From Felis catus (taxonomy: Eukaryota): 64,000 nt of DNA. Made by a program: the position numbers and the translations under genes. Under the pieces are notes generated by a model, which made no database searches, had not been told where the DNA came from, and saw nothing but the letters and a program-made list of their open reading frames with translations. The first letter of the stretch is position 1, and each line of letters begins with the position of its first letter. The DNA lies in contig NC_058368.1 in assembly GCF_018350175.1 (NCBI RefSeq), forward strand, positions 140,680,001-140,744,000. Reading direction: 5' to 3'. Below, one piece after another: positions 48,746 to 60,884 of this stretch.

Positions 48746-51469
48746 AGAATAAGAAGTGACAAAAATAGTGTTTGCTCTGCGTCTTTGCTCAGGGTGAGTT
48801 TGGACACGGTGCTTTTGGGAAAAATAAAAGCTTCAGACAGAGGAGGCCCAGTTTTGCAGGAGCTAGCCAAGCTGCTGTGGATAACTGGCATTATCTCCTG
48901 GGGTGTTTGAGGAAACATGGAGAACTGAGCGTTGTGTGTGGTATTACATGTGCTGTATTATGTGACTTTGTAATTTTATTTTGGGACGAGTTGCTGAGAA
49001 TACAAATTGTTGTTTGTGATTTGGATGGTAGTGTTGGGGACAAGTTTATACAAGCGCTGACCCACTGTAGTCACCTTTCCTCGCAGTGGCCTCGGGGGGA
49101 AGATTCTTGGTCTCTGTTAAGGAGTAAAGTTAAGGCTGCTGTTTGTGCTCTGCTTTCTTCCTTATGAACTGAGAAGGTGCATGCTAAGATGGGCTAGCCG
49201 GTGTGGGCGGATAACTGAACACACACACTGGCTCATTTGTCTACAGTGGATTCTGGAACCACCTGGGGAGGGAAAGAAGGGACCCCGAGGGAGGAAAAGG
49301 AGCTCAGGCTAAGTGTCCTATTCCTTGTCAGACCCTGGGTTGGGAGGCATATGCACTTCAAAGTATCTTAATTTTACCCTGTCAGAACACTTGGTCAAGG
49401 CAGATGTTTATCCCGTTACCATTCTGAAACTAAGGCTCAGAGACAGTATACCGAAATTCCAAATGGGGGAAGGGGCCCTGCATGCAGGAAATAAGTGGGG
49501 CCTTGTCTTTAGAGAGTTTAAATCACTAATAAAATCAACTAAAAATAGGTCTGCTTTTTCTTATCACCGTTCACAGGCAGCTCTAAAGAGTATCTGTCAT
49601 AACCGGTTGTATGCGATCGGAGGAACTGTGAGACCCCAGGCATTGGCAAGCCCTCCAGGCTGGCCCTGCCCACCAGTTTGAGCTTTCCTGAAGCTCTTGG
49701 GACTTTTTGTCCCCACTCATGTTGGCATTTCCTGCACTGTCACTATGTGGGTATCTCATCTCTCCAGTTAAGATTATAAACTTCCATTTATCCCCAGGGA
49801 GTCTAGAACTAGTATTCATTCAGCCGACATTTATTGAGAAATTCATGAGTTCATTAGCTGGTTCACTTTCCTTTGTCCATGAGATGTAAGTGACATGACT
49901 TGCCTTCATTAAAGAGGGCCAACATCCAAGGGGCGACGTTTGTAAATTTTGTGAGGATCTGGAGGGTGAAAGGGTTCGAGAACCATGGTGACCATGGTAG
50001 AGGGGATTGGGTGGAAGATTCTACATGCTGCCCAACTGCCCAGAAGGTCAAGCCCAACTCCTTAGCATAGAGTGAGGTGCCCCTCCCCTTGCAGGATGGG
50101 TCCCCAGCCTCTATCCAGCCTCCTCTTTACATAACCTGTTATATTACCTATATTTCCCCCAGCCCCACCCTTCACTTCCTCCTCCAAGGAGCTCTGCTTT
50201 CTCTGGCTTCTCTCCCCCTGCCACTCCCTCTGGCCAAAATGCCCTCCCTTACACCCCACGTATTCACATTTAATTAAAAACAGCCACTCTGTATCAAGCA
50301 CCTACTACAGCAACATCTTGCTTAGGTTCTTTACATACACTTTCTTGTTTATTCCTCATGACAGTCCTTTCAGTAGATGTCATCTCCATTTTACAGGTAG
50401 GTAAGCAGACCCCAAATGGTTAAGTCACAAGTCTAGCAAAAAATGGATCTGGTATTTGACCACAAGCCTGTCTTTCCTAAGTTCTGGCTTTCTCTATCCG
50501 GCCCCTCCCCCCGCCCCCCTCCCCATAGAGAAGAAGCCATCCAGACCCCCTGTAGAGAAGGGTAACTCCTAGGTTCTCCAGAAAACCTAAAGCGCAAAGT
50601 CTGCACCCCATTGGTCTGTAGCCCAGGCCTAGCACGTGGAGGTGTTTAGGGAACATTGATGATTAGGTTGTGGTATCCTACCATTTACTTTTGCAAACAC
50701 GTGATAAGACAGGCCATAAATGCATCCCTCCTCATGAATATGCTAATTAATTGGCTGTTACTGAGAGACTGATCTTAAGCCTAAATAAAAGGCACAAAAC
50801 TGGACACTGATTCTACCCTAAGCAGACCAGAAACCTCTGTAAGATTGAAAGCCAAATTTCTTATGAAAAGCAAGAGTCGCCTTCTACTCTAAAAATCTAC
50901 CTAAATTAATTTTTTCCTTCTCTCCCTCCCTCCCTCCCTCCCTCCCTCATTCACTTTTTTCATCCCCTATGCCTTTGACGTTTATTTTTATAGGACATAT
51001 AGAGATAATAGGTTCCCCCTAAATTAGTCCACCCTTCCTTTGTGTGAGGGAAAGTTTGTGAGGAGTGGGGGCCCCTTCTCAGGAATATTCTCATGTCCTC
51101 TCTGCTGGATGCCTTTGCACCCCTCTCTCCATCTTTCTAATTCAGTATTTCTCAGCCCTTTATGTCTAAATGGATTGGTGTGCTGTGAACCCTAACTTGC
51201 ACTTTCTCACCAGCTCTGAATTTGCTCCTTTTCCAAAATGCTTCTGGCCAGCCGTCCTCCCACTGCCCTCCCTGCCCCTTCCCCCTCCCTCACTCAGTTC
51301 ATCTTTGTCCTTGTCACCCTCACACACTGGACCTCAGCTAAGCCTTAAGTGTGTGCAGTTCCACAGAGACAATGGAATCTCCAAGACCCTTGGTTTCTAA
51401 TCTTCCCCGCTCTCCTCTGTTTAGACACACATTCCTCTTTTCCCTCAGAACTCCATTTTCTTTCTTTCC

Positions 51470-52085
51470 TGTATATTTTTAAATTGAGGTAAAGTTTACA
51501 GAGTGTTAAATTAACCCCTTTAAAATATACAGTTTAGGGGTGCCTGGGTGGCCCAGTGGGGTAAGCCTCCAGTTCTTGATTTCGGCTCAGGTCATGATCC
51601 CCCAAGTTGGGCTCTGCACCACAGTAGGGAGCCTCCTTGGAATTCTCTGTCCTTTCTCTCTGCCCCTCCCCCACTCGCATGTGCACGCTCTCTCTCTCTC
51701 AAAATAAATAAACATTTTAAAAGATAATAAAGTACATAGTTTAGTGGTATTTAGTACATTTACGATGTTGTATAGCCACTACATCTGTCTAGTTCCAAAA
51801 TATTTTCATCACCCCAAAACAAGCCCCTTAAACCCCCTTCTCCCCCCAGCCCCTGGCAACCACAGATTTGCTTTTTGTCTTTGTGAGTTTACCTCTTGTC
51901 TGCATTTCTTTCTTTCTTTTTTTTAAAGATTTTATTTTATTTTTTAAATAATCTCTGCACCCTACTGGGGGCTCGATCTCACCACCCTGAGATCAAGAGT
52001 CACATGCTCCACCAACTGAGCCAGCCACGCAACCCTCTTCTCTGCACTTTGTATAAATAGCATCATACAGTATGTGGCCTTTGGG
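51470..52085 (-). mobile_element. Old L1 3' end interrupted by two SINEs (~51537-51725 + and ~51905-52035 -)
   Basis: tttaaattgaggtaaagtttaca...gtggtatttagtacatt...cagcccctggcaaccac...atcatacagtatgtggccttt. Confidence 0.75.
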
Positions 52086-52649
52086 TTCTGGAGGACTCTC
52101 CTCTCACTAGTTTTCAGGCTCCCCTGTGCTGTGTATACTTAGGAAATCATTCAGGAAGAGTCATGACGAACCACAGCCTTGGTTTATTTTTTACTATGAG
52201 GCTGGTATTGGTTTCAGCATTCAGAAATTTGTTTATTTCCCTATTTTGAGGTTTCTGTCATTCTTCCTTTTGTCTTCTCTTGCTTATACCCAGAACTGTC
52301 AGAGCAAATAGCTCTCCCCATGGGCCGAGATTGTTTTTTCTGGGTATGAGCGTCCAATTCCTCCAAACACCCTCTCCCACACTGATCCTGTGATGGTATT
52401 TGCAGAAACCCTCTGAAGTTACAACCTCCATTTCCTCCACCCCAAGGCATCCGATGAAGTTTTGTCACTTCAAGGCCATTACAGGCCTTTATGCATTCTT
52501 TATTTACTTTCAAAAGAACCAGCCTTTTGACATAACAGGAATAACCTGTAATTTGCACTTGAAAACAAATTTACTTAATTTTAAGAAAGGACCTTATGTA
52601 ATCTGTATTTCAAGTCCATGATGAATTAGAAGTCAGGTATTAGAGTATT

Positions 52650-52940
52650 GTAGAATAGTGTTTTCCAGTATTTTCTTTTTTTTGCTAACAGTAAAGACTA
52701 AGAAATATACTTTTTATTGTGACACAGTAGTTGTGTGTGTGTGCAATAAATATGCATGGGCAGTTGTGTATATACATAGACATGAAATGAAAGTTCTACT
52801 GAACTATACTCACCTTTACCATGTGCTATGAAGTCTAGTATTTTCTACAGTATTCTACTTTTTCAAATGCTTGTTAAGCCTTCTAAATTGATTTCATAAC
52901 CATTATCAAGTCTCCACCATCATGTAAAGCATAGTGTAGC
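52650..52940. mobile_element. Degenerate hAT-Charlie element (MER112/113-like)
   Basis: tgaaatgaaagtt..actatactcacctttac..tattttcta..aaatgcttg..ctaaattgatttcataacc. Confidence 0.45.
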
Positions 52941-53692
52941 AGGCCCAGTGAATTGTCCCATGGTTAGCAGAATTGACAGCCTTACTTGTTTTGTGAGAAG
53001 AGTTTGCTTTCCATGAAGTGCTGTTCGTGATAGTTTCTCTCACAGTCTAGAATCCACGTTGTCTGAGTTCACGTTTACAGACTGCAGTAGGACTTGGGCG
53101 GGTTTGGGGACGGAGACAGCTTAGTACCAGGAGGAACTGATTATTAACATCTTTTAGAGTGAATTAGTTTTCATTTTAGCTTGTTTTTATAGAGAGCAGT
53201 GTTCCCAGGACCTGGAACTCAGGGCTTCTAACTTTTGTGACTAAACAGGCCGGAGGAATGGGAAAAACCAGGGAATCAGAATTGTTCCCAGAGAGGCCTG
53301 CTAGTGTCCTAACCCCCCATGTCAAGCCCTGGCCTCCAGGAGGCTCCAGCCTAGGACCCCACACGTTTCTCTTCTGTCATCTTTGTGCCTGTTCTAGCCT
53401 TGAGTGCCCCCACATTGAAATTTTCTGGTTGCTTTTATCTTGCGTTCCCCTGTAACTCCTCTCCCAGCTTCGTCTTAAGTTTGCTCTCCTGTGCTTCCAG
53501 CTGAGTCCCTGCCCCAGGGATGTGGGATAGAAGGGAAAGCAGCCCCTGATACTGGTAACCTTTTCTAAACCTTGCAGTCAGTGCCTACCTTATTTTGCCT
53601 TTAATTCTGCTTTTCTCGTAGCAGAGACTTTTGTTCATTGCTGCTTTTGCTTCTGCCCTATCTTGAACACTCTTTTAAAGATTAGTTTTTCT

Positions 53693-54415
53693 GGAATGCC
53701 TGGGTGACTCAGTCGGTTGGGCATGCAACTTTGGTTCAGGTCATGATCTCACAGTTTGTGAGTTCGAGCCCCGCATCAGGCTCTGTGCTGACCGCTTGGA
53801 ACCTGGAGCCTGCTTCCGATTCTGTGTCTCCCTCTCTCCCTGCCCCTTCTCTGTTCACACTCTGTCTTTCTCTATTTCAAAAGTAAATAAATGTTAAAAA
53901 AATTTTTTTCAAGAAAAAAAGATTGGTTTTTCTGTTTTGTCCTTGAACATCTCTGTACTACAACTGATGTGTCTGTGAGAACTAGGTTGTTAGCATGTGA
54001 TTGGTGTGTAGCCAAGGTCAGCAGGACTCCTGAATTCCCAAGCAGTGATCAAGAACATCATCAACTTAAGTTACATATTCACCTGGTCATGTACCGTCTG
54101 CTCTAGTTACAAGGAAGGGCACATTCATTTGTTTGCTGAAAAGGTTAGAGGAAAGTAATTATACTGTTTTAGGAGTAGGTCATAAATCTCAGGTCTTATT
54201 TTTTTATTATTAAGTTTGAGAGAGAGAGAGAGAGTACAAGTGGGGGAGGAAGAGAGAGAGAAGGAGGGATGGAGGGAGAGACAGAGAGAGAGAGAATGAG
54301 AATCCCAAGGAGGCTCCACACTGTCAGCGAAGAGCCTGATATGGGACTTGAACTCATGAACCGCGAGATCATGACCCAAGCCGAAATCAAGAGCCAGCCA
54401 CTTAACCACCCTGGC
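53693..54415. mobile_element. Convergent Can-SINEs (+ ~53693-53915; - ~54195-54415)
   Basis: Heads, CT/GA tracts and tails. Confidence 0.88.
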
Positions 54416-54434
54416 CAGGTCTTTTAAAGAGACA

Positions 54435-54670
54435 GGGTAATGTGATATGGTTCAAAGGGTATGAGCTTCGGAGCCAGGAAGATCTAGGTTCAAATCCTGG
54501 CTCCTCCACTTCCTGTGTGACTTTGGATTAGTTACTTAGCCTATCTTGCCTCTGTATATTGTCCATACAACAGGGATTATAATACTTATCTTGTAGAAAT
54601 GTTAGAGTTACATGAGGTAAGTCATGAAGTACCTAGCACAGAGTAGGTGTTCAACACATGTTAAGTGTTT
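54435..54670 (+). mobile_element. MIR
   Basis: ggttcaaatcctggctcc..cacttcctgtgtgactttgg..agttacttagcct..cctagcacagagtaggtgttcaa. Confidence 0.75.
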
Positions 54671-54869
54671 TTCATAACATGGCCTCCATATTCCAGAAAA
54701 GCCTTTGAGGAGTTGGTATTGCATGAATTCATTAAATGTAAAACAATGTTCATTTACACATTCATGAACTTTTTTCCCTTCAAGACTAAAATAAAAGGAA
54801 AACAAGCAAAAACCCTTGTCCTTAGTTTCTAGGAGTAAGTAATTATGCATACAATATTTGTTGTTCCTT

Positions 54870-56225
54870 TTTTTTTTTACCTTTTATTATGAAAACTTTC
54901 AAACATATCCAAAAGTGAACAGTATAATTATTCCCCATATTTTGTTTTACCTACACCTCACTTTTCTTCCTCCCCAACTGAACAATATTAAAGCAAATCC
55001 CAGACACATACATCATTTCATCCACAAATGCATTGACATATATCCTCAGAGATAAGAACTCTTTTTTTTTATGTATAACCATAACACCATTATATCACCT
55101 AAAAAAGTGAATATCAATTTTTTGATATCATGCACTATTCAGTCAGCATTCAGATTTTGCTGATTGTCTCATAAATGCCTTTTTACAGTTGTTTTGTTTG
55201 AATCAGGATCAAACAAAGCCAACCGTTGCATTTGGTTGGTATGTCTTAAATCTCTTTTACTCTGTAACTGTTTCCCCTCTCCTCCTTTTTCATGGCTGTT
55301 TATTTTTCAAAGAAACTGGGTCATTTGTCACGGAGCCTCCCCTGCCCGCTGGATCCGGCCAGCTGCGTCACATAGGGTTGGTTGTTCATCGTGCCAATCT
55401 GTCGCCTGCATTTTCTGTCACATGGTAGGTACATCAGCAGGCTTGATCAGATTCGGGTTTGGATTTTTGTAAGACTAAATCGGCAGTGGTACTGTGTACT
55501 TCTGATGCATCTCAGGATTGCCTCTCTTTTTGTGATCGTGAGATTACTCAGTAGGAGGAAAAAAGAATGAAATCTTAAAAAAAAAAAAAAAAAAGATTAC
55601 TCAGCCGATTCAGGCATTTGTTTGCTTGCTCCGGCTGTTATGAAGTTTTCTATCCACCTCTCATCCAGTGGCTTTAGTGACCACTCCTGATTAGACTGAG
55701 TCCCTTTTTTCACCAAGAGCTTCCAAACGATGCTTTCCTAAATCTGTTATTGTTTCTGCGTTTGTGAGCTGGAATTATTTTATAAAAAAGAACCTTCTCT
55801 CATTGACTGTTTTGTTTCCCTGAAAATACAATTTATATAGAAAAGGCAGGGTAAATGCTTGAATCTTGCTTTTATTTACCATTTTTTGTACAGGGTCCCC
55901 TCATTTCCTCCAGAGGTGACCAAAAAGGTTTCATTTTCCTTTGAGGACCATTATGAACTCCTGGATCTTAACATATATGACATATTTCAAATGTTTTAAG
56001 TCACTCTTGTCATTCATTATTCTTTTGGTGGTCAATTGTCACACCTTGGCCAGTGAGAGCCCAGACTCCAGAGTCGAACCTGACCCTAATATTCTTTTTT
56101 TTTTTTTTGACCCTAATATTCTTTAAAGAATAGAGATTCAGCTAGTGTATTTCTTACCCCACATCTGGAACTAGCCATTTCTTTCAGGAGCTCTGGTTCT
56201 TTATATTGGAAAATGGTGTGTATTT
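54870..56225 (-). mobile_element. Old L1MC-like 3' region
   Basis: ttattatgaaaactttcaaacata...aaagcaaatcccagaca...gtttgaatcaggatc...tggaactagccatttc...ggagctctggttct. Confidence 0.7.
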
Positions 56226-57472
56226 GCATTTGAGGCAGTGGAGTATTCCAGTAATTTTGCTGTTTGTCATTTGATGGAATTAATATGTTTCTGTTAATTT
56301 TCCATCAACTTCTTCTCTACTTCTCTTCAGTCTGTAGTGTTGATTCACTTGTGGAGAAGTGCAGGGTGCAGCTGTCCTGCTCTGTGTGGGAATGTGGGCA
56401 AGGTCCTGAGACTTCTGCTTTGCTAATTCCTACAAAGCAAAAGCCCTGTAGGCCGGAGCTCTGAGTCAGAACCAAGGCTGGTGCTTCAGCGGAGGCTGGC
56501 ATGGTGTAAATTCCAGGATCCCAAGGGACCTCGGTACCGCATCTAGTCACCACTCTGCTTCCACGCTAGATCTCATCAAAGATAAATGAAGCATGGCCTG
56601 GCTTTCTCCAGAGTTAGAGAGTCCATATTTAAGCATTTAGCAGTGTGCTGTATTGAACCACAAAATGACTCTAGGGTCATGTAAGAGAAACCTAAATTGA
56701 GTGAAACTTAGCAAGGAGTATGAGAACTGATTTCAGGACTTGAGCTGCTTTTTGTGTGTTTGGAACCATAGCTTAACAACAAAACCACAGATGAATTGAG
56801 AGAGTGTTTGGCACACTGACAGGCGCTTTCTCCTTGACCTGTGAGCTGTGCCAGGATGGGAGAAAAAGGGAGATACTCAAACTGAATTTCAGCCTAAGGG
56901 GCTTGAGTTAGTTGGATATGTCTGTTTATTTGGAATTGGTTTTGTTCTTTCTTTGATGCTGGTATATACTTAAATCAAAATTTTTTTTCCTGACATTTTT
57001 TAATTCCAGAAAAACCAAAATATCAAACCTATAGTAGCAAGAAAAGGTGATGCCTTAGGTAATGATATTTAATCAAGGGATTATGCATTCCTCCTGGGCT
57101 CCAGCCTGTAAAAATGTCATGTCTCAGTGGGTATAATGTTTCCGTTATAAACACCATACTGCCTAAAAAGACCTAGCCAGGGAAGAAATTTTTTTAAAGC
57201 AAATACTTAATGCCAGAGTACTAAACAGAGAGTAAAACCCAACAACAGTTTTATTTTCAGATGAAGAGATAGTGTCTAAGAGGCTTAGTTATAAGTGCTC
57301 AGTAGTTTTCAAATTATGTCATTCCTCTAGGTAATGTCTGAATTCGTACCTGTCTATGTGGGCCTGTGTGTGTGTGTACTTTTTCCCTCCATGCATGACA
57401 GAAGTCCTTAATCAGGCCAAGTTTCCAAACTGCAGAGTAAAATTGTGTTATCTTTAGGTTCTTCTGGGTCAG

Positions 57473-57497
57473 CTTTTTTTTTTTTAAGTTTATTTAT

Positions 57498-57532
<35 letters not shown>

Positions 57533-58245
57533 CCCAAACAGGCTCCGCACTGGCAGCACAGAACCTGACATGGGGCTTGAATTCACAAACTATGTGGTTA
57601 TGACCTGAGCCAAAACCAAGAATCAGAAGCTTAACGAACTGAGCCACCCAGGCACCCCGGATCAGCATTTTTAAGGACACTTATCTTTGTGGTATTAAAA
57701 TACCAGAACCCATTCATTCTTTTCCTTCAGTTCTGACTTATTCATTATGACCCTGAGGTAGCCTCACATCCCACAGGGGCTATTCTTACTGGTGTTAGGC
57801 CTCCCTGTGACTGGGTCAGTATGCACACAGATGAAGTTAGATGCATCACAAAGGGAAGAAAGTTATACTTCCGGAAAAGGCTGTGAATTTGAAATTTGAT
57901 TTGCATCTCTGAATGCTGGGGCTATATACTTTACAACCTGTTCATGTTCCTCATCACACTGAAAAATTAAATATTGCTAAACAGTAGGGAAGAGGTGCAT
58001 AGATTCCATTTTAATTTAAAATAATTGAGAGTAGGGGCATGTGGGTGGCTCATTCACTTAAGCATCCGACTCATGATTTTGGCATAGGTCATGATCTCAC
58101 AGTTTGTGGGATTGAGCCCCACATTGGGTTCTGTGCTGGCAGTGCAGATCCTGCTTGGGATTCTCTCTCCCTCTCTCTCTGCCCCTCCCCTCCCCATGCG
58201 TGCATGTACTCTCTCTCTCAAAATAAATAAGTAAACTCTAAAAAT
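57473..58245. mobile_element. Divergent Can-SINEs (- ~57473-57658; + ~58034-58245)
   Basis: Heads and tails; second has a TSD-like AATAAT(T)GAGAGTA. Confidence 0.88.
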
Positions 58246-58769
58246 AATGAGAGTAAGCAAACAATTGAGTCTAAAAGCAAGCTTCCCTTGAAGTGAAAGG
58301 AGGATGATATTAATTTCTTACACTGATTAATTTTTATAGTTTACAAAGTTACCATATGTCCTAATTCACATGGGATGCACCTGGCTCCAGATTTGTAGGC
58401 CAGACAGGTATATGAATCCCATTTTTATGATTCTGAGACTGAGTTCGGAAAGGTTAAGTGATTCCTGACAGAGCCAATATCAGAAGGCAAATCTGGGAAT
58501 AAAAGCCAACTTAAGGAGCACCTACCATGTGCAGGATGCTAGAGATTCAGATATTCATAGGAATGGTTTCTTACCCTTGAGGAATAATCGAGACATACAT
58601 GTTTCCTCAGAAGCTCATCCCTGGAGACATTTGTCCTTCCTGGTGACACATCTCCCCTTCACGCCAGGCCACCCCTTCACCCTCAGGGGCCCACTTAGGA
58701 CCTTGCTGAGGTAGCCTCACCTCAACCTTTCACCTCCAGTCCCTGTTCTCCTCTAGCTGTGCTCCTTGT

Positions 58770-59610
58770 TTTGGAAATAGATGCCAATCGATGGTATTTT
58801 ATTTTCTAGTTCTAGAATTTCCGTTGGTTGATTTCTTTGCTGATAGTGCCTATTTTTTCATTCATTTCAATGAAATAGTTCCCTTTAGTTCATTGCAACA
58901 CATCCTTTAAAATCCTTATCTGCTAAGTCCAACATCTGGATCATCATGGGATTGGTTTCCACTGATGATCGTTATTCTTAAGACCGGGTCACGTTTCTCT
59001 GATTCTTCTTGTGTCAGATGATTTTGGATTATATCCTGGACATTGCCATTCTACAGACTCAGGATTTTGTTTTATTTCTCTGAAGAATTGTGGTGTTTTT
59101 GCTGTAGCAGGCAATAAATTTGGTTGGACTCAAACTGCAAACTCTCCATCTTGAGCAAAAACGCCGCTTCAGCTCTTCTGTCTTCAGCAGGTCTGCTTTT
59201 TACACTTACATGTACGTGATTCCAGAGTCAGCCACAGGCCAGGGCAAATGTGCATTGGAATTTAGGACTCCCCTCTCTGACTTTTTTCCTTTCTAGAATT
59301 CTCTCCTCACTTGCCAGTGACTAGAATGGCCCTGAACTCTGTCCTGGGGTTCTTCAGGCCGGAAACTGGGTTTTTTATCTCAGTTTTAGCTATCTTCTGT
59401 GCCACTGATTTTGGCCTTCCCTCAAGCTAAACAAGAAAGTCAAGAAAACGAGAAAGTCACTGGACACCATCCTTTCTTCCAATATTCATTCCTCCTCTCC
59501 CCAGTACTACCTGATGAACCTAAATGCCTTCAGGTCATTGACTGGAGGGAGGTAGAAGGTCAAGAGTTTGTAATTTTTATCTAAGGGATGGTTGGGTCCG
59601 GTGGGACACT
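58770..59610 (-). mobile_element. Ancient L1M 5'/ORF1-proximal remnant
   Basis: aaatccttatctgctaagtccaacatctggatcatc...gattcttcttgtgtcagatgattttggattatatcctggacattg resembles L1M antisense text. Confidence 0.55.
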
Positions 59611-60846
59611 ATCTCTTCTGTTACATTATGCCTCTCTCTGTAAGCGTTTGTTTGCGCAAAGGGTCCACCACTGAAAGATGAGAACAAAAGTTTGACAGTT
59701 CACCGTATGTATCAATTCGTAGCCAGATTTTAAGTCTAACATCACTTCTCAGGGACCTGCATGTCCAGCCATTGTTGAGGCCACTTTCAGTGATGGAGGC
59801 TTTGCCCTTCTTCCTCTGTGGTTTCTTTCCCAGTTGTCAGCTTCCCAAGGCCCAACAAAGGCTCTTTGTCCATGTCTCCTGAATGGCAGAATTTTAGCCG
59901 AAGCTCTCCAGAAGGAACAGCTGGTGGAGTTCCAGCAGCTCAGTGTGGCCATTCTTTGATGAACACTTTCATTGGGTGCTTTTGGTAGAAGATGATGGTA
60001 AAAGGAGGAAGTCTGCAACTGAGCCTTTATTTTGACTTCTGGTTGACACTCAGAAGAGCCTGGTTAGCCTGGCATCGGCGTTGATGCAGGTAGCATTCTG
60101 GAACTCAACTGAGGAAGGCCATCAGCCCAGAATATCTGCTCCTCCACAGACCTGCTCAGGAAGGAGAAGGAAGATGACCTAGGTGGTGTGCACCTTGTGG
60201 TTATATTAGAAGATGACCCGAAGGACTGTGGTTTGGGTCCAAATGTGATGAGACATTTGGGACATCTACTGTGTAAACAGACTGAAGATAGTAGAGGAAA
60301 ACTGTCACATGGACAATGGCCATGGAAATGGGAGTCCTCAGTCCTACTCTGAGTTTGGCTCTAGCTCCATAACTGAGGAAGTCCCCTCACCTTCCTGCAG
60401 ATGTTTCCATTGGGAAGGATGGGTTTCAAGGGGTGTCTGCAAACTAAATGGAGAAAATACATACACGAAGGCCTGTGGAGGAAAACGAAGTCATAGAGCC
60501 TGGGAGTGATTGGTTTATAGAGACGGCAGGTAGTGTGGAAAAGAAGTCGCTGCTGTTTTCCTTCACGTCAGGCCCTCATCCTTTCCTGATGCCTTCAGGG
60601 TATATCTCCAAAAACATATCATTCCCCTCTGTCCTTATTTTCCCCCCTCTGTCATTCTGAAGAGCAGAGTTTTAAGTGTTTGCTTGTGCCAACAAAAAAT
60701 GCTGTACAGTATTCTGAGTCAGCTAATTCCCTGATACGATCTGTAACCCATTGTGCATTACTTGCTCTTTACCACTCTCCTAGTAAGAACACAAAAAATA
60801 AAAATAAAATGTACTCTCTAGTTTGCCTTTTTAATTTGTTCTCTTT

Positions 60847-60877
<31 letters not shown>

Positions 60878-60884
60878 TTTTAAG

